DNA of 63,328 nt, the filler included, from Octopus bimaculoides (Eukaryota), in the NCBI RefSeq assembly GCF_001194135.2. It is 4 parts of 3 records of this genome, joined end to end, with 100 filler letters (N's around TTAATTAATTAA, not from the genome) between each part and the next. Parts side by side here need not be neighbours in the genome. Positions count along the whole stretch, not along the records: positions 1 to 31,115 come from NC_068981.1; 3 more parts are not named here. The stretch is one strand, 5' to 3'. The translations under genes and the position numbers were made by a program. This document shows positions 1 through 11,884 of this stretch, one piece after another. Below the pieces are notes generated by a model. That model worked only from the letters and a program-made list of their open reading frames with translations, had not been told where the DNA came from and made no database searches. The stretch's first letter is position 1; each line of letters starts with the position of its first letter.

Positions 1-352
1 CACTGTGTGATAGAGCCGATTTTTTATGGATAACATACTTTGAAGATATAGGTTTCATATAATGTGAGTGGAGGATTTGAACTTTGTCATTAATTGTTTC
101 TAGCCAAAGTTCTGTGTCAAGTACTGGGAGTCTCATGTTTAGGTGTCTTGTTGGGTAATCTATTGTTACCTTGATGCTCTGGCGTATTTTATTAGCTATA
201 TTCTGGATGTTTTCCATCACGATCTTCTCGTTCTCTTCAGTCTGAATGTTTGATGGTGTTTTGACTACGATGTTAATGTCATCCACATATCTCCCATATA
301 GTTTGAGTGTTATTGAGTGTTCTTCTTTTATACTTTTACATTTAATTCTAAC
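1..352 (-). mobile_element. Penelope-like element RT fragment, open frame running off the left edge
   Basis: Manual minus-strand translation without stops: KSIKEEHSITLKLYGRYVDDINIVVKTPSNIQTEENEKIVMENIQNIANKIRQSIKVTIDYPTRHLNMRLPVLDTELWLETINDKVQILHSHYMKPISSKYVIHKKSALS. Contains catalytic YVDD, LPVLD (PLE LPFLD motif) and the HYMKP thumb motif. Confidence 0.85.
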
Positions 353-1419
353 CACCACCACCACGACATCACATTTTATATATGACTGTGTGTCTGTCTG
401 TGAATGTATGTGTGGAGTGTATGAGAGTGTATATATCATAACGTTTGGTACGTTATGAAACACACACATCTGTAACGACTGACTCTACAAAGACATCACA
501 TTTTGTCTATAACTGTGTATATGTCTCCCAGGGATTGTCTTTCCATTTTAGGCATGTTAATAATAACATACCTAAAGTGGAAAGACACACACTGTCTGTA
601 TGTAAGGGCTGAACAGTGTCAATACGAAATTTTATTTTCCTTTCCATTATTTTAATTTCAGTTAAAACAATATAGCATTTCATAGAGATAATCTTTCTAT
701 TGTCAACAGGATATTTTATACCACGACGACAATGACATCACATTTTGTATATACCTGTGAGGGTATGTGTGTAAGTGTATGAGTGTCTATATGTCTCAGG
801 ATGTGTATCTTTCAGCTTTAAGTAATTTATTAAACATACACTCACACCTACACATATATACATATATGACGACTGACATGCGTGAATGCATCCCTGACTT
901 ATATTTCGTTAATTTACACTGCGTATAAAAATACAGATATAATTGCCACGCCTTATTTTTTCACGTAATGCATTATTAAATATTCTCGTGACTGCATAGG
1001 CTCACTTTATGTTTCTTTTTCTACAGCCACATCACCAATCCAATGTCAACCCTTCGCCTTCTGCAACATTTCAACATTTCACTTCCCCGTTGCCGTCTCC
1101 CCTTGCAGCCACTTTTCGGAATGTACCAATTTACATACATTATCTTCATTACACCTCCATTCATTTGATTGTAAACCATACGATGGGTCGTGTTAGACGC
1201 AGCGCTTACCGCCTGAAAGGCGAGTATATCCACTGACAGCTTTTTCATGGGTTGAAAACTTACATAACCCCCACCACGCAAAATCTTCCATGATAGTTTA
1301 GGGCATGGAATCCTCCAAACGCACGTATTATGTGACACTTAGTCGAACTAGATTATTTACTCCACAAAATATTTTTTCGCCAATTCTGTACTTTTCCGTA
1401 TCACATGTTTCACCATAAT

Positions 1420-1462
1420 TATACCATTTTAATCCCAAGCAACGCAGGGTATCGCTGCTAGT
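1420..1462 (+). mobile_element. Possible 3' terminus of a non-autonomous Helitron-like element
   Basis: CCCAAGCAACGCAGGGTATCGCTGCTAG|T: weak subterminal hairpin, then CTAG (1458-1461) followed by T. The 5' end was not identified. Confidence 0.4.
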
Positions 1463-1474
1463 TATAAATAACTA

Positions 1475-1475
<1 letters not shown>

Positions 1476-1530
<55 letters not shown>

Positions 1531-1583
1531 CATCCATCCATCCATCCACCCATCCATCCATCCATCCATCCATCCATCCATGC

Positions 1584-1648
<65 letters not shown>
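1476..1648. repeat. Compound (TCTA)n/(TCCA)n microsatellite
   Basis: Directly visible. Confidence 0.97.
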
Positions 1649-1649
<1 letters not shown>

Positions 1650-2222
1650 TTCTAGCATATAGGAATCCACTTTTGCTAGTCATTCCTCTTATTTTTGTAT
1701 GTAATATAATTTTAATCTTCGAATTTTTTTTTAATATGCTAGAGCAGTGGTTTTGATTGATTAATATCAATTTTTACCCTTTTTAAAACATTTTAAATAA
1801 TGATGTTCTCAAACCGGTAAATTAGCTGGAAAAAATTAATAACTGCAGAGTTATTTCCGGACTCAGTGCGCCAGGTTGAAGACATTTGAAAGGATACACT
1901 GAAGGTAATTTGTAGAACTCTACATGTGCTCCCTTTCGGGTGGACGTCTTGTGTCTAGTTCTGGAAATTATAGTTTATTAATCGACAGACTACGCTGATG
2001 ACCCTGCAGATATTTACTTATGTAAATTTTAAGAGGTGAAACCATGATACGTAGATTAATCGCTTTTTTTATTTAGTATTTTTCGTTTGTCTTGCCCTTT
2101 TACAGGCTGTTGTGTCGCTAATTTTTTACTGAGAACATATGTTTCGTGTTTAGATGATTCGGCATATATTTCTAGCATATAGGAATCCACTTATGCTGGT
2201 CATTCCTCTTATTTTTGTATGT
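1647..2222 (+). repeat. 56-bp direct repeat pair (1647-1702 and 2167-2222)
   Basis: TATTTCTAGCATATAGGAATCCACTT(T/A)TGCT(A/G)GTCATTCCTCTTATTTTTGTATGT; 2 mismatches, offset 520 bp. Confidence 0.9.
1990..2054 (+). ncRNA. Degenerate type I hammerhead ribozyme motif
   Basis: CTACG-CTGATGA-CCCT...(ATTTAC TTAT GTAAAT hairpin)...AGGT-GAAA-CCATG-ATA|CGTAG. Perfect 5-bp stem I and intact core boxes; mismatches at 10.1-11.1 and 15.2-16.2. Confidence 0.55.
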
Positions 2223-2532
2223 TATANNNNNNNNNNNNNNNNNNNNNNNNNNNNNNNNNNNNNNNNNNNNNNNNNNNNNNNNNNNNNNNNNNNNNNNNNN
2301 NNNNNNNNNNNNNNNNNNNNNNNNNNNNNNNNNNNNNNNNNNNNNNNNNNNNNNNNNNNNNNNNNNNNNNNNNNNNNNNNNNNNNNNNNNNNNNNNNNNN
2401 NNNNNNNNNNNNNNNNNNNNNNNNNNNNNNNNNNNNNNNNNNNNNNNNNNNNNNNNNNNNNNNNNNNNNNNNNNNNNNNNNNNNNNNNNNNNNNNNNNNN
2501 NNNNNNNNNNNNNNNNNNNNNNNNNNNNNNNN

Positions 2533-2576
<44 letters not shown>

Positions 2577-3287
2577 ATAATATATATTTGCATATATTTA
2601 TATACATACACACGACTAAGTCAACTAAGAAATGATTATAAATGAATGAAAATTAGTAATTTATTCATGTGCTCCGCAGCATGCTTTTGGTTATCTAAAC
2701 AAAGTAAGAGGTATACATTTAATGGTTGCAATCACACGTCTTATTTTTACTGTTTAATCATTTCCTGACACGTTTAGTTGCTAAGATTATAAGGTGTATA
2801 GAGTCATACCATCTTTTTTCACTTGTGGCAAGGTACTTAAATTAATTGAAAGTGAAACCAAATTTCTTATATATATATATTCCTGAAATATACTTTTGTG
2901 ATGAATCTCAATAAACATAAATTGCGAGGCAATTGCTTTTACTTACAGTCAAGTATACATTGAGAGAATGCATTGAGGCATATATCGATGTTAATAATAA
3001 CTAAATAATGTGATAAAAGGATGGAGTGTGCAGTAAGGGCCATTAACTTTAAAATGTTTAGGTCATTACTTTTTTTGTATAAATTTGAAACCATATAAGG
3101 ATTTAGACGAATATCTTTAGTGCCGCCGTCTACCAGTTTGAACATTTTTATTTACAATTAAAACATCTGTCTTGTGTAACAATCAACATTTTATTGCTTT
3201 CGTTCAATATATATGCCATATGTTAGGATAATAATGGATTTATCTAATCATGCATTGAATCACTATCATTTATAATATTTAATGAAG

Positions 3288-3505
3288 GTAAAGCGGTGAG
3301 CTGCTGGAATCGTTCCCGCACCGGGTAAAATGTTTAGCAGCATTACTTCTGACTTTACGATATGAGTTCAAATGCCACCAAGGTCAACTTTGCCTTTCAT
3401 CATTTCGGGCTCGATAAAATAAGTACCATTTGAACACTGGAATCGATGCAATCGACTCATCGCTTCCCCAAATTACTGAGGTTGCGCCAATGATTTGAAA
3501 CCAAT
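3288..3505 (+). mobile_element. tRNA-headed SINE, family A
   Basis: GCGGTGAGCTGCTGGAATCGTT... head, B-box-like GAGTTCAAATGCC, body GGTCAACTTTGCCTTTCATC...GATAAAATAAGTACC shared with many copies in this window. Confidence 0.85.
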
Positions 3506-4834
3506 ACACACTGAGGAACGATAACATACTAAAGTGAAACCTCAATGCAATGCAATCATTCAAGAAAAAACTGTCAACTAACGTATTGCTATCTGTCCTG
3601 CCCCTTTGACTTGAGCTCAGTGTCATCTTGTACTTTAAAAAGCAAATATTTTTTTCTGACAGTGTATTGGTAATTCATGCAGGGACACGTGCTTGCTAAA
3701 TAACTCTATCCTGGTGTTTATATTTTTAATTACGTTTTTAATTGTGTACAACATGTAGTGTATGAAGTATACTGTATGTTCGCGTCGTATATTTCAATTT
3801 GTGGAATGCAGTATAGGTTTTATATTTTCGATTTATTTTATGCTCGCATTTTGTTTCGTACATGAGGAGACTTTCCTGGTATTAACAGGATAGCTTAAAT
3901 TAGAAGCAATACTTTTATTTTACAGCAACTATGTTGGAAATGGTATTTCTTTTATCTTAATTGCTCGAAAACTCCTCAGGATGACAATTATAAATTGTGT
4001 CATTAAATGAACGCCAAGATGCAAAAATAAATTATGTATTTTATTTATTGTTGAATTCACTACTGTGAATATAATTTTCAATTAGCAATAATATAGTTCA
4101 TTTGAAGCTCATTGAATTACGGGAGGCAAGAAAGAAGTGCGATAATGTATGACAGCTATAGATACAACTCATTAGAAATAGCTATAATTATTTTATAAAA
4201 TAACGAATTACGAAGTTGAACGATAATCCAAATTGATTGCAGATTTGATTATACTTCGTCAACGTCGTTCTCGAGAGTATTAAGTATGCTTACAACATGA
4301 AATATTTGTATGGCTGCATCCAATTTCTCTGCTGTATGATATGTCTAAATCTTCAAATTATTAAACTTTATAGCTTCATGAATTTATTCGCGTTCTCCCA
4401 TAAAAATAAATAGCAATGAAACATTGCTAAAATATATTTAAGATAAAAGATTAGTAGATTATGCATCAAGTTTATGCATCTCGCGTTATAGAAGTAGCCA
4501 GAAAAACGAAAAAGAAAGAAAAAATAATTGTAGTGGGCCAACTAAGGCAAAAATCACATGCAGGGATCGTGTCATGAAATACTACAACTCACAAGAAATC
4601 AGCCGAAGAAAGGGAGTCGATGTTGTTGTGATTAATAATATATTCTCGTATATACCATCTCCTGTCTTTCATTTGTTATTTAGCTAACGATCACTCTGAA
4701 AGTGACCGTGATTTACCAGTAAGCCACCAGGTGTAAAGCATTCGTTTTATTATCCATTAACCACAACCAATTTCCAATTTCTAGGAAGAAAGTGCTTTAC
4801 GGTAGCGTACTAAGATGATAGATACAATAACACT

Positions 4835-5330
4835 GGATGTTTCGCTAAAGAACATACATATACCCAGTAGGAAGGATTATATACGGGATTTCTTGGAGAA
4901 AACGAACCGAATGTGCGTAGAATGCGGAAGAAATCTTTCTTTTTTGACAAGGAGCGCAGACCTGAACATGATGACCTACTAAAACAAGTATTCAAGAGAG
5001 CTGTGGGGATACATGTACCAGCGGACAATACAAGCAATGCTTGCATTGTTGATATTGATCTATATAGGAAGGAATTACGCAGCAAATATAGACACGCTGG
5101 TAATGACGTGTTAAGATAATCAACAATACAGGGCTATAAATTGTCAAGGATCTAGCCATTGATGATAGAATAGAACCCTACGTCCTCCGAAAACTCCAGA
5201 TTTTGCTTAAGGACAATAGACCTAACTTTCTTATCGACCCCTCAGTCAGATTGATTTGTCCTTCTAAATCCGATATAGGCATTATTAATTAAAGTATCAT
5301 CGACAGGGTAATACCCGTCCTTAAAATTGA
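4835..5330 (+). mobile_element. Degenerate Penelope-like element RT N-terminal fragment (possibly Naiad/Chlamys-type)
   Basis: Frameshifted translations SLKNIHIPSRKDYIRDFLEK / MRRMRKKSFFFD and LKDNRPNFLIDPSVRLICPSKSDIGIIN*SIIDRV resemble PLE motifs KNIPIP...RMRWKAFFF and LKDHK.NF...RLINP.KS. Confidence 0.6.
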
Positions 5331-5871
5331 GTTCTGACTGAGACCAGTAGCTTCTGCAGGGAAACAACCAGTCTGAATGCTGGACGGTTAAAACTAGCTG
5401 CGAAAGCCTTCTACTAAATACAAATGACCAGTACAGAATATCAAATATTGGGTGTTGATAAACGGATGACATCAGCAGGAAGTCGTACAACCATATCGCT
5501 GGGCTCCTTCCAAATCAAAATTGGCATCAGAACATACGAAAGCCAAGTGACACGGTCAGGCAGTCAGACAAAATTAATTCTAGACCACAGGCTATCAGAA
5601 AATTTGACGTCATTACATTTATAACCAATCAGAAAATTAAAGTATACCTTTAAAGAAAACCTTTATACACAAAGTAATTTCCACTTAAAATTGATCAAGC
5701 TCTCAACTGCAAAACCAGTATTTGATCGCTACATTAATCTAACAAAATCGAAGGGATGAATCTCAAAGTTGACCCGGGCAGGCGCAGAATGTTTTCCTGA
5801 AAATTTAACTTTTCAGCCAGCGGCCGTCTGGTTCCATTTTTAATAATTGTTTTTGATATTCCTAAGATCTT

Positions 5872-5922
5872 TAAGGCGGCGAGCTAACAGAATTTTAGTA
5901 CGCCGGTCAAATTGTTGGTGCT
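5872..5922 (+). mobile_element. SINE family A 5' fragment
   Basis: TAAGGCGGCGAGCTAACAGAATTTTAGTACGCCGG matches the family head. Confidence 0.7.
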
Positions 5923-5929
5923 CGTATTG

Positions 5930-6215
5930 CAGGCGCTATCGTACCGAAATCAACTGAAATGTTTGGTGCAACGCAATCTTTCAGGATGATAATGAACAAA
6001 TTCATACAGCTGAAGTCGTTATTGAATTGCACGAGGAACATCTTATCTGGCAAATACAGTCCCCATATCTCAATATTACTGAAAATTTATGGTTCATGTT
6101 AGAAAAACAAGTAAACATTCGATATCCTCCACCATAATCACTACAAGAACTGTAGTTACTGCCAAAGGTGGTCCTACCCCATATCAAAATAAATTTGTTT
6201 GAAACTTTAAGGTGT
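5930..6215 (+). mobile_element. Tc1-like transposase C-terminal relic, internally deleted
   Basis: HLIWQIQSPYLNITENLWFMLEKQV (WPxQSPDLNPIENLW) and the terminal AKGGPTPY motif. Confidence 0.7.
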
Positions 6216-6617
6216 TAACATGTATATATATCTGTGGTTGTGTATGTATACATGTATGTTTTATATTGATAGCTAGTGTAAATTCCAGTTTCTTCCTCTT
6301 GAAGCACATCTGTTTATTCCATTATTACACTCATTATTTATCAATGGTTACTTTTGTATGCTAATCAATATGCATGTTAAAATGGAGAATTATGGAAATA
6401 TTATTTGCAAACTTATTTATAACAGGACAAGAAAATGGATATGTGTGTGATAGTATTTGTTTTCCGGAACACCTTTCATTTGCTAATAAGATTTATGAAA
6501 ATTTACTTCGTATTAGATATATCGACGTAACATGTAAATATATGAAATTGCTATTAGCAAATGTAACATGTGTAATATAGAATAAATAATACCACACACA
6601 TTTCTGCTATCCTCCTT

Positions 6618-6661
<44 letters not shown>

Positions 6662-7354
6662 AATCAATAATAATATGCATATGTATATAATTACAATAAG
6701 CGAGCAAGGTCGAAAACGACAACAATCCAACATACTTGAAGTGATGAGACTTTAAAAAACCTACGAAAAACTCTAGATTAAATTTACACATAGCTGAAAA
6801 CGGGCTAGTGGAAAAAATATTAAAATGACCTCACGTTAATTGTGAATTGCTTCCAATTTCTGGATTAAAACCACGAAACAGGTTTTTATCCTTCCTTAAC
6901 ACAATACACAGGAAATATAAATACAAATACTTATACATACCGTACAAAAGTAGATTCGCACGTCAACATACAAATATTTGCACATATAGAACCAAGATAA
7001 GTCAATTCTAAATCCTCTCACGACAGCCAAGTGTGTATTTTCAGAATAGCCAAGCAGTAAATGTTATTGTTGTAAGCTGATATATAGTGTGCTGAATTTC
7101 TGGCGTAGGAATGCTATTGTTTGTCTAAAAGTTAAGTGGGGGAGAGGGTACAATTTGCATTGTTTTCCACGAAAGAGCTGTCTGTTCTTAAGAAGGATCA
7201 CACAGTATATATTGTTTCAACGTATAGAAAGGAGTTAATACGATTTTGCCCAGAAAGTACGTTTTCCAAATTTTAATTTTCCCCTTGTCCCCACCGCAAT
7301 GATCTGAAACGGAGGAGTAGCAGTTTTTCGCTCCTTTTAGCAATTCCATGTTAA

Positions 7355-8060
7355 CATGTTTCTGCAGTAATAGTTTTTTTTTAGGATTTGAAGAATTTAT
7401 AGTGGTTGAATCCAGCAGTACACCACCAAACTGTCACCATAACCTTCATTTTGAAGAGTTTGGACTTAGGGAAAGTATTCGAAGCTTCATTTTGTTCCAA
7501 CCACTGCGAAGAACGGTTTTTATTATTGTACAGAATCCACTTTTCAGCACAAGTTAGAATACGGTCTAGACATAGATCAGTCCGTTTACGGAGAAGATGC
7601 GACGAGCAAATTTCATATCTGCGCATTTTCGGATTTTCCTTCAAATCATGTTACCAATCTGTCAAGCTATTTTCATTTCCCGATCGCATGCAAATAGTTA
7701 CAGGCAGTCTTGTGGCTAACTTGAAATTCTTTTTCCAGTTTTCGAGTGGTTTTACGTGGATCTTTCTCAATGAAAATCTATAATGGGCCGTCGGTGATGA
7801 GAGATAGCGTCCTCTACACTCACGATATTCAAGGCTCAAGTCTCCACTTAGAAATCGTTTAAACCATTTTCAAGCTGACCTCTCGCTGGTCATTCCTCCC
7901 CAAAAGTTTCGTTGATATCGCGTGCAGTTTCAACTGCTTTACGTCCTTTGTTGAAGTTGAATAGCAACATTTCTGGAATATCGCACTTTGACAATTCCAT
8001 TTCATATGATTGTAATAACGGTGAAGAAAAATATGAATGTTAACGTTTTGATGCATTTAG
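7355..8060 (-). mobile_element. Mariner transposase relic, copy 1
   Basis: MLLFNFNKGRKAVETARDINETFGGGMTSERSA*KWFKRFLSGDLSLE; RRYEICSSHLLRK...LDRILTCAEKWILYNNKNRSSQWL...KVMVTVWW. Confidence 0.9.
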
Positions 8061-8283
8061 GCAAGTCTATATTTGTGTCTATCTATGATGCATTTGGACA
8101 AGTCATATATTCCATCTTTAAAAAGATTTCATCTTTTGCTGTAATAAACAGTCCGAATGTTTCAATTACATTTTTTCTATTTAAGAATGTTTTATTGTGT
8201 ATGAAAAGATCAAAATACTTAAATAAGTGATAATCAGTTGAAGAAATATTCGGGGAATTACAAAATTTTATGAATCAGGCTTT

Positions 8284-9183
8284 TCAACGGGTGTGAGAAG
8301 TGTGAGAACGTGCATTGTCTTGGAGCAAAATTGGGCCATCTCTATTTATTTGTCTGGGTAGTTTTGTTTTCAAATTCTCATGCATAGAATTAATTTCCTG
8401 GCAATACGTTGTTGCTGTTACCGTTTTACCTTGTTGCAAAAATAAATAACCCCTTTTGCAGACTACCATACCATGACCACTAACATTTTAGGGTGATTTT
8501 GGATGCTGTTTAGGTGACTTCCTGCATCTAATCCCTTTTCTGTTCTGTTGTTATCAAAGAGTATCCATTTCTCATCACATGCAATGATTTGATGCAAAAA
8601 TGATTCAATTTCAAGTCGAGAAAACAATAAGAAGCCCACTTCGAGGCGCCTGTTTTTTTTTTTTTTTCATTCATTTGATGTGGAACAAACCTACTCATTT
8701 TCTTGACATTTCCAATTGTGTTCAGGTGCCGAGAATCACATAAGCGAGATGGTTGGAGTTCTGATGAAAGTTTTCGGGCCGCTGTTCTCGGATTTTGTTC
8801 AACCAAAGCATTTCAGCTATCATGCTGAGTCACTGATTTTGGCCTCCCACTTGGTTCATTTTCAAGGGTATCATCTCTTGAAAAAGAACTTTAGAACAAT
8901 CTCGGAACAGTTCTGATGTGAACAAGAGAATTGTCAAAGTCCAGCTTGATATTGTATAGAGCTTCTACGGCAGACTGACACTGTTCGTACTCGTACAAGA
9001 AAATCACTCAACATTGTTTGGTTGTTATCATTTTCATAAAGTCTGTGTGTATTTATTTTGTAAACCAATATTGTTTGGAAAGTAAATGTGTCAAGATTAA
9101 ATGCAAGGATATACATAATTGAGTTTTTAAATGACTGAAATAACAAGTAAATGAAAATGCGACACTTCATGTGTGCCAACCTA

Positions 9184-9186
<3 letters not shown>
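8284..9186 (-). mobile_element. Mariner relic, copy 2, with 5' TIR
   Basis: VEQNPRTAARKLSSEL...KKMSRFVPHQM; TVTATTYCQEI...GPILLQDNARSH. Minus-strand TA-TTAGGTTGGCAC at 9186 is a mariner-type TIR. Confidence 0.88.
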
Positions 9187-9242
<56 letters not shown>

Positions 9243-9263
9243 NNNNNNNNNNACACACACACC

Positions 9264-9310
<47 letters not shown>

Positions 9311-11334
9311 TCATGCATTTATATAAACACATAAATACGCACACACACACACACACACACGCACGCACATGCATGCACACATACACACACACGAACACGC
9401 ACACATGTATAAACACCCATATATATTTTTTCAATCACACATATATATTAGAATATATTGTTTTGCAATGTTAGATTATATATTAAAACTTCCAGAGTCT
9501 TTGAATTAATCTAATTTTTCACTGATTTGTCATATATTATCAATGCAATTTATCATTTAATGTCCATCAAAGTAGTTTAATTCCAAATTATTTTTTTTTA
9601 TTGAAGTGCATTTTGTTTTCAATAGACTATTATGAATTTGATCTTTCAAAATTTCTGAATATAATTTTGTGCAATATACTATATAAAGGCATTCCTCACT
9701 TATACCTATGAGTATATTTTCTGCCTCATAAACAATATTCATATTGCTTTTCACCACAGCCTAGGTATTCTTCTATTTACATAAACAGAAGGCTATATTA
9801 AATTTGTCTACTATTGTCACATACCATGCCTATTGATTGTTATGCAACGTCTCTATCATCTTTGTCTATTTAAACTCAGAATGAATAGAAATATACACAA
9901 TAGTGTAGCTATAAAGGGAAGATCTCAAGGGAACTTTTTTTAATAGAAACGACTACTGTATATTTTCAAGCTATCTACGATAGGAAATTGTTAGATTTAA
10001 ATGAGGAATGATTACCCAATACCTTTAGATAGAAAAACAAAAGTTATGTGATTGAAATTAACATACAAATCCCAAAGGCTATGCCGTTAAGAAGATAATG
10101 TGATTAAGATTCTTTATTTCAGAAAAGGTAGACCATGTGTATATCATTTAAAGCATAAAGTTAACTACCTGGTTCCCAGGGTTAACTGTTATTATACATT
10201 ACATGTATGTATCTATCTATATATATATATATATNNNNNNNNNNNNNNNNNNNNNNNNNNNNNNNNNNNNNNNNNNNNNNNNNNNNNNNTATGTGTGAGG
10301 GGCTTCAGTATATATGTGTACGGATAGATATGAAAATATGTATATAAGACATATACATATATATGCGAGAATGTATGTATGGCTCTGCATGTGTGTGTGT
10401 GTGTGTGTCGAGAGAGTGAGGGAAATAAAGAAAATGAGGAAGAGAAAGAAACATTTGCCTACGAAATTTACCTCACAGATGCGTTTTGCCTACTAAATAG
10501 AGTAAGGTCTCGTATATTGAGATGAACACATTTTATTATGTGAGATTTTATAATGAATTAATCGATTGAATCTGAAACATGCAGCATGGAAAATTCCAAT
10601 GAGATCGGTTAATCAAAATTTAGAATTGTATGTAAATACCCATTGGAAATTTATTTGAATTGATCTAGTGCTCCCAATGCTGCTCTCAAGATTTACATTC
10701 AGTCTCACATGTAAACAAAATTTAACAGTTTTTATGAATGAATTTCTGACATTGTTTTTATTTTCCGCTTTAAAGGAAAACATAAATCTGAGGAGAGAGG
10801 GAGAGGGGGAGATAGAGAAATGAAATAAACTAAGAGAGTTTAAAAATACACAAGGAAATAATGTTTTCCATTTTCTTCTTTGTGTTATTCATACAAACTC
10901 AAAAGAGAGAAGAACATACACAATTATTGAAAGATAAAAAGCAGAGGAGAAACAACAGTGAAGAATATAATTTGCATGGTTGCATCAAAGGAAATCAAAG
11001 CTAAAATATTTGGATAAAAACTGAAAACCAATCCTATTTTAGAACACAACTAGTAAAAAATTAAATAATAATATTTTTTTTAAAACTATTGAGTCGGTCT
11101 ATATTTAGATACAGTGATAATACTTGTATTCGTACAGATTTCCCAATATACCGAAGTAATGTTAATATTCAAATATTTGATGCCGAAACAATATGAGTTA
11201 AAATCATCAATATAACGGTCACAGTCGAACACTCCCACGCATACACCATTGTGATCGAGAAGTTTGAAAAATATAGTTACATCTGTAAGCTGAAGAGAAT
11301 ATCCAACTGTCATTAAAATTTCAAACTACAAAAA

Positions 11335-11850
11335 TTTCCATCGTTTGTTTTCTTGTTAGTTCTGAATTACTTAGCAATTCTCAAATCATTTTGCATTTTG
11401 TCCTACATCTGTAAATCTATATAAATCTATAGCAATTTATTTCAAAAACATTTGCTCAAGTAGCCTCATGATCCTAAGTTTTATTCTTCAATCATTTTCC
11501 CGTTACCAATGTAGATTTAAGAATTGCATCACTCCCATAGTATCCAACTTTATGAAATCCACGACAGTTCGTCGGCAAGGCGTGGTTTAGCTCTACTCTC
11601 ACTTTGCAAAATTGTTCGATCATCTTTAGAAAGAATATGTTTCAAAATTTTGCATCACCTCTTAGTGAATTTTGACTTCCGTCAGGAATAATTGTCACTA
11701 AAGCTGGTTTTCCCTTGGTGATTCGATTTCAACATGCTTTTAGAGAAACATCGAAAACTTCAAAGAATTTATTGACTGAAACTTCAGTTCTCCTTATTCC
11801 AACAATTTCTTCTTGTGAACAACTCATTCTTATGATATAACTATAACTTT
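11335..11850 (-). mobile_element. Degenerate Tc1-like transposase N-terminal fragment
   Basis: Minus-strand translation includes ...RGFHKVGYYG...LVT..., resembling the Tc1 HTH2 region; multiple stops. Confidence 0.5.
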
Positions 11851-11884
11851 AAAGAACGTTATTGTTTAAAGTCTGAACAATCCG

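Noticed and set aside
3505-3555. CTGAGGA...GAAAC spacing after a SINE
   Set aside because: Stem II has only 2 bp and no stem I complement.
11086-11313. 75-aa minus-strand ORF MTVGYSLQLTDV...
   Set aside because: No recognisable domain or convincing splice sites; length is compatible with chance.
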